A stretch of 64,000 nucleotides of DNA from Candidatus Krumholzibacteriia bacterium (GTDB taxonomy: Bacteria; Krumholzibacteriota; Krumholzibacteriia; Krumholzibacteriales; Krumholzibacteriaceae), in contig CAWIIQ010000001.1 of NCBI GenBank assembly GCA_963836185.1, forward strand, positions 1,472,001-1,536,000, written 5' to 3'. Position 1 is the first letter of the stretch. Each line of letters opens with the position of its first letter. The position numbers and the translations under genes are program-made. Under the pieces are notes generated by a model. That model was not told the origin of the DNA. It saw nothing but the letters and a program-made list of their open reading frames with translations, and did not search any database. Of the stretch, positions 41,007 to 51,398 are shown piece after piece.

Positions 41007-42952
41007 GCGAGCGAAAAGTCGGCGTATACATCTGTCACTGCGGGGGAAACATCTCCGACTACGTCGATGTCGAGAAGGTGAAGGCCGCCGTTGAAGAGGA
41101 ACTGGGCGTCACCGTATCGAGGACGACGATGTTCACCTGCTCGGATGCCTCGCAGACTGATATGGTCGCTGATATCAAGGAGCAGGGACTCGACGGCATG
41201 GTAGTCGCTTCCTGCTCGCCGAAGCTCCATCTGACCACCTTCAGGGCAGTTGCCGAGAGGGCAGGCCTCAACCAGTTCCAGTATGTCCAGGTGAACATAC
41301 GCGAGCAGTGTTCCTGGGCACATTCCGATGACAAGGAAGGTGCGACGGAAAAGGCTATCGGCCTCGTAAAGGGAGGTCTCGAGAAGGTTAAGCTGACCGA
41401 GCCTCTTGAGCCGATTAGGGTCACTTCGATAAAAAGCGTGCTCGTCCTCGGCGCCGGAGTCGCAGGGATGCGCGCCGCTCTCGAGATGGCCGACCTGGGA
41501 GTCGATGTATTTCTCGTGGAGAGGGATCATTTCATCGGCGGGGAGGTGGCGAAACTCGGCAAGATGTACCCGTCTGGAAAGAATGGTGGAGAGGTCGCTG
41601 CCGAATTGTACGACGACCTGAAAAAGAAAACGAACATTCACCTCTTCACCGGCGCCGAGATGACGTCGAAAGAGGGATACATAGGCAACTTCAATGTACG
41701 TGTGCGCATAAGGCCCAGGTTCGTGACCGGGACCGAAGGCGACTTCGAGAAGGCGGAGAAGGAGTGCCCCGTAGAGGTCCCGAGCGAGATGGACAGGGGG
41801 CTGAAGACCAGAAAAGCTATTTATCGTCCTTCGGGAAACGCGAGACCGGAGAGATGGGCGATCGACGCTGAAGCCTGCACGATGTGCGGACTATGCGCGG
41901 AGATCTGCCCCGGATCGATAGATCTTCAGCAGAAGGAAGAATTCATGATGCTCGATGCCGGCGCGATAATCACGGCAACGGGTTTTGACAGCTATTCACC
42001 TTCTGAAGGTGAATTCGGGTTCGGCACCGGCGGCGTGGTTACCCTTCCTCAGTTCGAGAGTATTGTTAAAAATACTGGTAGCAGGCTCGAATATGGGGGG
42101 CGGGAAGTCCGCGATGTGGTTTTCATATACTGCGTCGGCAGCAGGCAAAGCAGAGATATAGACAACGCCAACAGATACTGCAGCCGCTTTTGTTGCAATG
42201 CCGCCGTCGGAGCCGCCTTGAATGTAACAGAGAAGATAGAGGGCCTGCGCACCTGGCACCTCTACAGGGACGTCAGGACATACGGGAAGTTCGAGCTCCT
42301 TTACGAACAGGCTTCGAAGGACGGGGCGGTCTTCTGCCGATTCGACCAGAAAAAGCCTCCCGTCGTCGAGGACGAGGGAGAGAGGCTTCTCGTAAGGGTA
42401 AACGATCTGCTCACCGGCGGGGACGAGATAGGCATCAGCGCCGACCTTGTGGTGCTCGTCACCGGAATGGTGCCGGCTCCGAACGGGGAGCTCACATCGA
42501 TCCTTCGCCTGCCGATCGGTGAGGATGGATTCTTCAACGAGATCCATACAAAACTGCGGCCCGTAGAGACTGTGATCGATGGAGTATATATCGGAGGCTG
42601 CAGCCAGGGACCGAAGAACTCCTCTGAATCGATAGCGTCATCGCTTTCATGCGTCGCTAAGGCAGCCGCTCTCCTGGTCAAGGGTTACGTCGACCTTCAG
42701 CCTTTCATAGCGTACGTGGAAAACGATCTCTGCAAGTGGTGCGGCGAATGCGAAAAAGCGTGCCCCTATTCAGCCATAGAGAAAGCTGTCGTCGACGGGA
42801 AAGAAATAGCTGTAGTCAAGGATGTGTTATGCAAGGGCTGCGGAGCCTGCCTTCCGGTATGCCCTTATGACGCGACACAGCTCAAGGGATTCACCGACGA
42901 CCAGATAAAATCGATGATTGAAGCTTTCGCCTCGGAGGCAGCTGGTGTCTGA
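41003..42952 (+). CDS. hdrA: HdrA/QmoB-like FAD and Fe-S subunit
   Basis: GVYICHCGGNI, ASCSP, NIREQCSW, GAGVAG, CVGSR..YCSRFCC, HTKLRPVET, two C-terminal CxxCxxC ferredoxin motifs. Confidence 0.9.
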   Translation: MSERKVGVYICHCGGNISDYVDVEKVKAAVEEELGVTVSRTTMFTCSDASQTDMVADIKEQGLDGMVVASCSPKLHLTTFRAVAERAGLNQFQYVQVNIREQCSWAHSDDKEGATEKAIGLVKGGLEKVKLTEPLEPIRVTSIKSVLVLGAGVAGMRAALEMADLGVDVFLVERDHFIGGEVAKLGKMYPSGKNGGEVAAELYDDLKKKTNIHLFTGAEMTSKEGYIGNFNVRVRIRPRFVTGTEGDFEKAEKECPVEVPSEMDRGLKTRKAIYRPSGNARPERWAIDAEACTMCGLCAEICPGSIDLQQKEEFMMLDAGAIITATGFDSYSPSEGEFGFGTGGVVTLPQFESIVKNTGSRLEYGGREVRDVVFIYCVGSRQSRDIDNANRYCSRFCCNAAVGAALNVTEKIEGLRTWHLYRDVRTYGKFELLYEQASKDGAVFCRFDQKKPPVVEDEGERLLVRVNDLLTGGDEIGISADLVVLVTGMVPAPNGELTSILRLPIGEDGFFNEIHTKLRPVETVIDGVYIGGCSQGPKNSSESIASSLSCVAKAAALLVKGYVDLQPFIAYVENDLCKWCGECEKACPYSAIEKAVVDGKEIAVVKDVLCKGCGACLPVCPYDATQLKGFTDDQIKSMIEAFASEAAGV

Positions 42953-43223
42953 TACGATTGACGAAAGATTCCCGGAGTCGAGCCTTATCGCGGGGCAGCG
43001 CCGCGAGGTGGCCAGGCGTGAACCCGGCATGAGAAAGAAGATCCTTGAAACTCTCGAGTCAGGGCCGAAGACCGTTCCTGAGATCGCCGAAGAGCTTGGA
43101 CTGCCTTCGAAGGATGTTCTGTGGTGGGTCATGGGATGCGTCAGGTACAACTTTGTCGAACCCACAGGAGAGACGACGGCGGATGATTACCATAAGTACC
43201 GGATCGCCGGGAGGGACGAGTAA
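42945..43223 (+). CDS. Small winged-helix protein embedded in the operon
   Basis: KILETLESGPKTVPEIAEELGL; GTG start after GGAGG; overlaps both neighbours. Confidence 0.75.
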   Translation: MSDTIDERFPESSLIAGQRREVARREPGMRKKILETLESGPKTVPEIAEELGLPSKDVLWWVMGCVRYNFVEPTGETTADDYHKYRIAGRDE

Positions 43224-44302
43224 TGGACAGGGTCGATCCTCGCATAGCTGAGGAGATGAAAAAACTCGGCGCTTTCGATCTCGATGCATGCTATAGCTGC
43301 GGTCACTGCAGTGCGCTTTGCCCTTTGTGCGAGAGTGATATATCGTTTCCCAGGAGGATGATCAGATACTCGATGCTCGGCCTCGAGGACCGTATCCTTG
43401 CTTCTCCGGAACCCTGGATGTGCTACTACTGCGGTGAGTGCAGCGAGACCTGCCCGAGGCAGGCCGACCCCGGCAGCCTTATGATGGCCACACGCAGGTT
43501 CGTCACGAGGCGTTTCGTTCTCGGCAGGATCGCCGATCTGTTCTATTCAGCTTTCGCGTCAGTGATCACGTGGATCACCCTGAGCGCTCTTGCCGTCCTC
43601 TGGATACTCCTCTCTTACGACAGCGGGATGGACATGGAAAAGGTCGATTTTCTCTCCTTCATCCATCTCGAGCCGATCCATGACGCTGGTATCGGTGTTA
43701 CTGCCTTTATCGGACTGGCTATGCTGCTAAACATATCGGTCATGCTGCGGGCAGTAAAAAGAGGGTTCAAAGCCGAGAAGACAGGTTTCAGGGATATGGC
43801 AAAAGCGGCCGGTTTCGCACTGGCCGAATCGGCTACCCAGCAGAGGTTCGATCTGTGTTCAAGGGACAGGACGAAACGCTGGGCTCACATTGCGATCTCC
43901 TGGGGTTTTGTCGGGATGTTCATCGCGACGGTCCTCGTCATGGGGATCGACTACAAGATAATCGACATCAGCAGGGCGATCCCGTTCGCTTTTGGTACGG
44001 TGTTCGGCGCGTTGACCGTAGCCGGAACGGGCTGGTTCCTCATCCAGAGGATCAGGAAAAGCAGCGAATCGATGAAGTATTCTCACCTGAGCGACTGGAT
44101 GTTCCTGGTACTCATACTTGCTTCGGTCCTGACAGGATACGTGATGGTCATGTTCAAGTATCTCAACATGCCCATGGCGGCCTACATCTCGTTCGCCGTT
44201 CACCTCGTGGCGGTCTTCGACCTTCTCATATCGTTCCCGTTCACGAAATTCGCTCATATGGTATACAGGCCCATGGCGCTATGGCTCTCGGGCCTCAAGT
44301 AA
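43223..44302 (+). CDS. QmoC/HdrC-HdrE-like membrane subunit (two 4Fe-4S clusters plus NarI-like cytochrome b)
   Basis: CYSCGHCSALCP, CYYCGECSETCP; about 6 TM helices with His in RWAH, AVHL and KFAHMVYRP. Confidence 0.85.
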   Translation: MDRVDPRIAEEMKKLGAFDLDACYSCGHCSALCPLCESDISFPRRMIRYSMLGLEDRILASPEPWMCYYCGECSETCPRQADPGSLMMATRRFVTRRFVLGRIADLFYSAFASVITWITLSALAVLWILLSYDSGMDMEKVDFLSFIHLEPIHDAGIGVTAFIGLAMLLNISVMLRAVKRGFKAEKTGFRDMAKAAGFALAESATQQRFDLCSRDRTKRWAHIAISWGFVGMFIATVLVMGIDYKIIDISRAIPFAFGTVFGALTVAGTGWFLIQRIRKSSESMKYSHLSDWMFLVLILASVLTGYVMVMFKYLNMPMAAYISFAVHLVAVFDLLISFPFTKFAHMVYRPMALWLSGLK

Positions 44303-44327
44303 GTCTTTCTCATTCAAGGAGGCGGAA

Positions 44328-44810
44328 GTGTCAGAAGGAAATACTGCGGAAAAGGTAAGTCTGGTCATCATGAGTGGTGATATGGACAAGGTCATGGGCG
44401 CTTTTATCATCGCTAACGGCGCGGCCGCGTTTGATATGGAAGTGACGATGTTCTTCACCTTCTGGGGCCTGAAGGCTATCCAGAAGGGGAACCTCACCGG
44501 CAATAGTTTCTTCGGGAAGATGCTCGGCATGATGAACCGCGGCGGGATCGACAACATCGGCCCTTCGAAATTCAACTTCGGCGGTATGGGCCGCTGGATG
44601 TTCAAGAAGATGATGGGTAATCATAATGTCACTCCTCTGCCGAAGATGCTTTCGCAGGCACAGGAACTCGGTGTCAAGCTCATCGCCTGTGAGATGAGCA
44701 TGAACGTAATGGAGATCGGGAAATCCGACCTGATCGATGGAGTAGGGATCGGCGGCGTTGGCACTTTCATCGCCGAGGCTTCCGAGTCAAAGATACAGCT
44801 CTTTATCTGA
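44328..44810 (+). CDS. DsrE2/DrsE-family sulfurtransferase-like protein
   Basis: SGDMDK..IIANGAAA..MFFTFWGL..LIACEMSMNVM. Confidence 0.88.
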   Translation: MSEGNTAEKVSLVIMSGDMDKVMGAFIIANGAAAFDMEVTMFFTFWGLKAIQKGNLTGNSFFGKMLGMMNRGGIDNIGPSKFNFGGMGRWMFKKMMGNHNVTPLPKMLSQAQELGVKLIACEMSMNVMEIGKSDLIDGVGIGGVGTFIAEASESKIQLFI

Positions 44811-44838
44811 CGAGGCAGGGTCCTTGGCTGGTAGCAGG

Positions 44839-45405
44839 ATGACAGGACTCGAGTTCCATCCCTTCACTGAGGACAGGTGGAGCGACTTCGCCGCGCTTTT
44901 CGGTAAAAGAGGCGCCTGTGGCGGGTGCTGGTGCATGTGGTGGAGGCAGACAGCGAAAGAGTATGAGGCCTCCAAGGGCGAGAAGAACCGCAGGAAAATG
45001 AAGAAGATAGTGATCTCGGGAGATATTCCCGGGGTCCTTGCTTATCATGACGGCGAACCGGTCGGATGGTGCGCCGTTGCTCCACGTTCGGAATATACCC
45101 GTCTTGCAAGGTCCAGGATACTCAAGCCTGTCGATGACAGACCTGTCTGGTCGATAGTGTGTCTCTTCGTGGCGAAAGAATCCCGCGGTATGGGCGTCTC
45201 GAGCGCGCTTATCTCAGCCGCTGTGGATTTTGTCCGCGAGAAAGGCGGGAAGACCGTAGAGGCGTACCCTGTGGAGCCGAAGAAAAAGATGCCGGACGCA
45301 TTCGCCTTCCACGGACTGGCAGTGTCATACTCGAGAGCCGGCTTCAGGGAAGTGGCCCGTCGCTCGGAGACGAGGCCTGTGATGAGATTCGAGATCGAGG
45401 TTTGA
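44839..45405 (+). CDS. GNAT-family N-acetyltransferase
   Basis: CGGCWCMWW, PVGWCAVAPR, SRGMGVSSALI, VEAYP. Confidence 0.85.
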   Translation: MTGLEFHPFTEDRWSDFAALFGKRGACGGCWCMWWRQTAKEYEASKGEKNRRKMKKIVISGDIPGVLAYHDGEPVGWCAVAPRSEYTRLARSRILKPVDDRPVWSIVCLFVAKESRGMGVSSALISAAVDFVREKGGKTVEAYPVEPKKKMPDAFAFHGLAVSYSRAGFREVARRSETRPVMRFEIEV

Positions 45406-45436
45406 AGGGCGGTCTGCCTGGGAAATGAATCGTGAG

Positions 45437-45462
45437 AGAGCCTGCTTGAGGCTCTTTTTTTT
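45437..45462 (+). terminator. Rho-independent terminator ending the tusA-hdr-GNAT unit
   Basis: AGAGCCT-GCTTG-AGGCTCT followed by a T run. Confidence 0.8.
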
Positions 45463-45549
45463 ATCACGTGGTTCCTTCCCCGGGTGAAGCTGTGTATAAT
45501 CGCCATGTTTGAGATGACGATAATCTCCAGCTGACGAAAGGAATATCGG

Positions 45550-46989
45550 TTGAATATAAGAACGGGCAGCATCGCGGCTCTTCTGGTCATAATAATGCTA
45601 ACAGGAAAGGTCGCGGGAGAAGAGAACCCGGATAAAGCATATGATTCCATAGATCCCATGAAGGTCTACGGATACTGCAGCGAACTCGCGTCACCGAAGT
45701 ACTCAGGCAGGCTCACCGGTCACGAAGGGTACACGGCGTCGGCGCAGTGGGCTGCCGGGAAATTCGAGGAATGGGGCTTGAAACCGGTAGCGGGGGCTGA
45801 GGGGTATCTGCTCCCCTTCGGATGCCCGTACACGATCGTGGATACAGCGTCGATGGTGCTCATAGGGTCGGATGGCGGGGTCAGAGAACTCTCTGTCCTT
45901 GAGGATTTCATGCCGATGCTCTATACGGACGGGGGAGAAGTCGAGGCCGGGCTGGTGTTTGCCGGATGGGGAATACACGCGCCAGACCTGGATTATGATG
46001 ACTATTCCGGGATAGACATCAAGGGAAAGTTCGTCCTCTGTTTCCGGGGGACGCCGGACAGGTCGGAAGAGGGGTTCAAGAAATATGACCATCACAGGAA
46101 GCGGATGGAGACCGCGAAGGAAATGGGCGCGGCAGGCCTCTTCTACATCTATGACGAGCCGATGGCCAACCCTAACGGAGATTTACAGGACTCGTTCATT
46201 TGCGGGATGATAAGCGCCCATGCAGCAGACACTATCCTCGACTCGAAAGGCATGACATCCGCCGGGCTCAGGAAATCACTGACCGACAATAAGAGAACTG
46301 ATTCCTTCGATACCCGTTGGAGGGTGAAGTTTTCCGCGGAAGTAAGGCATTTCCCTGAAGCTGTCGGATACAACGCGGCCGCGGTCCTCGAGGGAGCCGA
46401 CCCGGAGTTGAAAGATCAATGTGTAATACTCGGTGCGCATCTCGACCACTGCGGGGAGCACATGGGGATCATATTTCCCGGGGCCCAGGACAACGCGAGC
46501 GGAAGCGCCGTGGTGATGGAGATAGCGGAGGCATTCTCGAAGCTCGATGAACGGCCAGCGCGTTCGGTCGTCTTCGTTCTCTTCGGGGCGGAAGAGATGG
46601 GGCTTCTCGGTTCCTACAGTTTCGCGGATCACGCGGCCCGTCATTACGATTCGATAGACGCGATGCTGAATTTTGATATGGTCGGCGAAGGCGACGGGAT
46701 AAATTGCGGGATAACACCTGACCCGGATGGGATGAAAGCTACGATCCTCAAGGCGGATGAATGCGTCTTTGCGCTGAGGAGAACATGGGAGATTAAGAAT
46801 GTGGGAGTGAGATCATCCGATTACGCCCCTTTCTTCCTGAAGGGTGCTGCATGCGCCGCTTTGTTCTCCAACGGGCCGCACCTGCATTATCACAAGCCTG
46901 GAGATACGATCTATCGCATCAATCCGGACATGATGGCGGATGCGGCAAGGTTGGGATTCCTGGCGGCGCGTTTGCGTGCGGAGAGGTAA
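45550..46989 (+). CDS. M28 family aminopeptidase with PA domain
   Basis: GAHLDH, GAQDNASG, FGAEEMGLLGS, NFDMVG, SDYAPF, YHKPGD. Confidence 0.9.
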   Translation: MNIRTGSIAALLVIIMLTGKVAGEENPDKAYDSIDPMKVYGYCSELASPKYSGRLTGHEGYTASAQWAAGKFEEWGLKPVAGAEGYLLPFGCPYTIVDTASMVLIGSDGGVRELSVLEDFMPMLYTDGGEVEAGLVFAGWGIHAPDLDYDDYSGIDIKGKFVLCFRGTPDRSEEGFKKYDHHRKRMETAKEMGAAGLFYIYDEPMANPNGDLQDSFICGMISAHAADTILDSKGMTSAGLRKSLTDNKRTDSFDTRWRVKFSAEVRHFPEAVGYNAAAVLEGADPELKDQCVILGAHLDHCGEHMGIIFPGAQDNASGSAVVMEIAEAFSKLDERPARSVVFVLFGAEEMGLLGSYSFADHAARHYDSIDAMLNFDMVGEGDGINCGITPDPDGMKATILKADECVFALRRTWEIKNVGVRSSDYAPFFLKGAACAALFSNGPHLHYHKPGDTIYRINPDMMADAARLGFLAARLRAER

Positions 46990-47038
46990 GGTCTCCTGGA
47001 TGAGAGAAGCTCGTCGAAGGATATTATGTCAACTGATG

Positions 47039-47067
47039 TTGACAAAATCGGGGTTGCCGTCTAGACT
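47039..47067 (+). promoter_or_regulatory. Sigma70-type promoter
   Basis: TTGACA-17nt-TAGACT. Confidence 0.6.
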
Positions 47068-47152
47068 GCCTTTCAAGCGGTAGATTCGCAATCGTTCTGA
47101 ATCAGGAATGACGGGCATCAGGATCATCGGCGCCAGGGCCGGAGGAAGACAT

Positions 47153-47911
47153 ATGGGGGAAAACAATACAGACAGCAGGACGGGGATCAGTGAACGAGAG
47201 GTCGAGGAACTTCGTGTCAGGATAGGTCTGCTCGAGGGAGAACTGGCTATAAGGGATGGGCTTGAGGTCCTGGCCGGAGGCATCGCCCATGACTTTAATA
47301 ACCTGCTGACGGTAATCCTCAACAATGTATCGCTCATGAAGCTCGAGGCCCAGACTGGAAGCGGGACAATGGTAAGTCTCGAGGAAATGGAAAAGGCTAC
47401 GCTGAAAGCTCGCGATCTTGCATGGAAACTGCTGAATATAGCCGGCAACGGGTCATCTTCGTCCTCCGAGGATGGTTTTGCCGCGACAGGCGAGGCCAGT
47501 TATGAAAACCTGACAGGATCGGGAAGGATACTGCTGGTCGATGACGAGGAGGATGTCAGGACGAGTACAAGCGCCGCGCTGAGCAAACTCGGTTATACAG
47601 TGGTAATGGCTGAAAGCGGATCAAAGGCGATCGAGATATTCTGCCAGTCTGCCGATGAAGGAAGGCCATTCGATGTTGTCATCCTCGACCTGACCGTTCA
47701 CAGCGGTAAAGGGGGGAAAGAGACCGTTTCGAGCCTTAAACGGATCGACCCTGACGTCAAGGCGGTTGTATCCAGCGGATACGCCAATGATACCGTGATG
47801 ACTGAATTCGGTGAATTCGGTTTCTCCGGCAAGCTTGCAAAACCGTATACGATGGAAGACCTGGGACGTGTGATCAAGGGCGTTCTGGATGATTCCGCAG
47901 GCAACTCCTGA
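47153..47911 (+). CDS. HisKA (DHp) plus receiver protein lacking a HATPase domain
   Basis: LAGGIAHDFNNLL; short linker; ILLVDDE..ILDLT..SSGY..AKPY. Confidence 0.8.
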   Translation: MGENNTDSRTGISEREVEELRVRIGLLEGELAIRDGLEVLAGGIAHDFNNLLTVILNNVSLMKLEAQTGSGTMVSLEEMEKATLKARDLAWKLLNIAGNGSSSSSEDGFAATGEASYENLTGSGRILLVDDEEDVRTSTSAALSKLGYTVVMAESGSKAIEIFCQSADEGRPFDVVILDLTVHSGKGGKETVSSLKRIDPDVKAVVSSGYANDTVMTEFGEFGFSGKLAKPYTMEDLGRVIKGVLDDSAGNS

Positions 47912-48018
47912 CCCGGCATTCAAGACTTTACAATATGGACACAGAACGCCTTATCTGATAAAATTCCATCCTGTCAGTAAGTGAATCCACGCGAATATTC
48001 TAGTACGGAGGTGCGGAG

Positions 48019-49176
48019 ATCAATTTCGGACTGAGTGAAGAACAGAAGGTGCTGCGGCACAGTATACGGGAATTTGCCGAGAAAGAGATCGGGCCGAAGG
48101 CACAGGAGCTCGATGAAAAGGAAGAGTTCTCCGTAGAGCTTACCAGGAAGATGGCCGATCTTGGCCTGTTCGGGATATTTGTACCGGAGAAGTACGGTGG
48201 TTCCGGAATGGGCTACCTCTCCTACATAATCGCTATCGAAGAGCTTGCCAGGGTGGACGGTTCGCACGCGGCTACCGTAGCTGCGGGGAATTCGCTCGGG
48301 ATAGGCCCTGTTAACTATTACGGCAGTGAAGAGCAGAAGAATGAATGGCTTCCCAGGCTTTGCTGCGGAGAGATCCTCGCCTCATTCGGGCTTACAGAAG
48401 CTGACGCGGGCTCAGACGCTGGGGCGAGCAAGACTTCTGCCGAACTCAAAGACGGTGAATGGATCATTAACGGAAGCAAGATATTCATCACCAATTCCAC
48501 GAATGAACTCGCGGCGGTATGCACGGTGCAGTGCGTTTCAGGCAAGAGGCCTGATGGGAAGAAAGAGATGTCCTGCATCCTCGTTCCTAACGGAACCCCT
48601 GGATTCGAGGCCAGGAAGATGACAGGCAAGATGATGTGGAGGGCGTCCGACACCGGCGAACTCTATTTCGACAACTGTCGTGTGCCGGAGCAGAATCTTC
48701 TCGGCAAGAGGGGCGAGGGCTTCCACCAGATGCTCGAGACACTCGACAACGGCAGGCTCGCGATAGCGGCTATGGGGCTCGGCGGCGCGCAGGGCGCGTT
48801 CGAGCTGGCCCTGAAGTATGCCAGGGAACGTGAGCAGTTCGGATCGAAGATATGCATGTTTCAGGCGAACGCATTCAAACTCGCCGATATGGCTACTTCG
48901 ATCGAGGCGTCGCGGAATCTTCTCTACAAAGCCTGTCGCCTCAAAGACGCGGGACTTCCATTCTCTAAGGAAGCGGCGATGTCGAAGCTCTATTGCTCTG
49001 AAACGATGGGCAGAGTGGTTGATGAGGCTGTCCAGATATTCGGAGGGTACGGCCTGATGCGTGAATACGATGTCGAGAGATTCTACCGTGACTATAAACT
49101 GCTCACGATAGGAGAGGGCACTTCGGAAGTGCAGCGCATTGTAATATCAAGACAGATAGGCTGTTGTGACGAATAG
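48019..49176 (+). CDS. Acyl-CoA dehydrogenase (likely start is ATC at 48019)
   Basis: FGLTEADAGSDA, WIINGSKIFITN, REQFG, IFGGYG, IGEGTSEVQR. Confidence 0.93.
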   Translation: MNFGLSEEQKVLRHSIREFAEKEIGPKAQELDEKEEFSVELTRKMADLGLFGIFVPEKYGGSGMGYLSYIIAIEELARVDGSHAATVAAGNSLGIGPVNYYGSEEQKNEWLPRLCCGEILASFGLTEADAGSDAGASKTSAELKDGEWIINGSKIFITNSTNELAAVCTVQCVSGKRPDGKKEMSCILVPNGTPGFEARKMTGKMMWRASDTGELYFDNCRVPEQNLLGKRGEGFHQMLETLDNGRLAIAAMGLGGAQGAFELALKYAREREQFGSKICMFQANAFKLADMATSIEASRNLLYKACRLKDAGLPFSKEAAMSKLYCSETMGRVVDEAVQIFGGYGLMREYDVERFYRDYKLLTIGEGTSEVQRIVISRQIGCCDE

Positions 49177-49218
49177 ATAAGGTGTATTCGAGGTGATGTG
49201 CCGTCCCTGAACGGTGAG

Positions 49219-49242
49219 GGCCGCCGGTTGCGACCGGCGGCC
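49219..49242. terminator. GC-rich hairpin between convergent genes
   Basis: GGCCGCCGGT-TGCG-ACCGGCGGCC. Confidence 0.65.
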
Positions 49243-49253
49243 TGATCTTATTA

Positions 49254-51212
<1,959 letters not shown>

Positions 51213-51398
51213 CCTCCAGTCCTTTCGGTTATGTATTTATTCAACGATGACTGATTATGACGATTATGGGTATTTACCGTCAATTTATTTCAGGCTTTCT
51301 GTTTTGGAGTGAACAAGGGTGCATTCTGTGATAGATTCTGCGAAACATTCACATCATCCTGCTCAGCTTATTCGTCACAGCCGGAAAGGGAGAATAAA

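Noticed and set aside
39350-41641. 763-aa antisense ORF, and similar ones opposite lon, clpX and the desulfurase
   Set aside because: They mirror well-supported sense genes and show no recognisable motifs. Such ORFs are expected from codon bias in GC-rich DNA.
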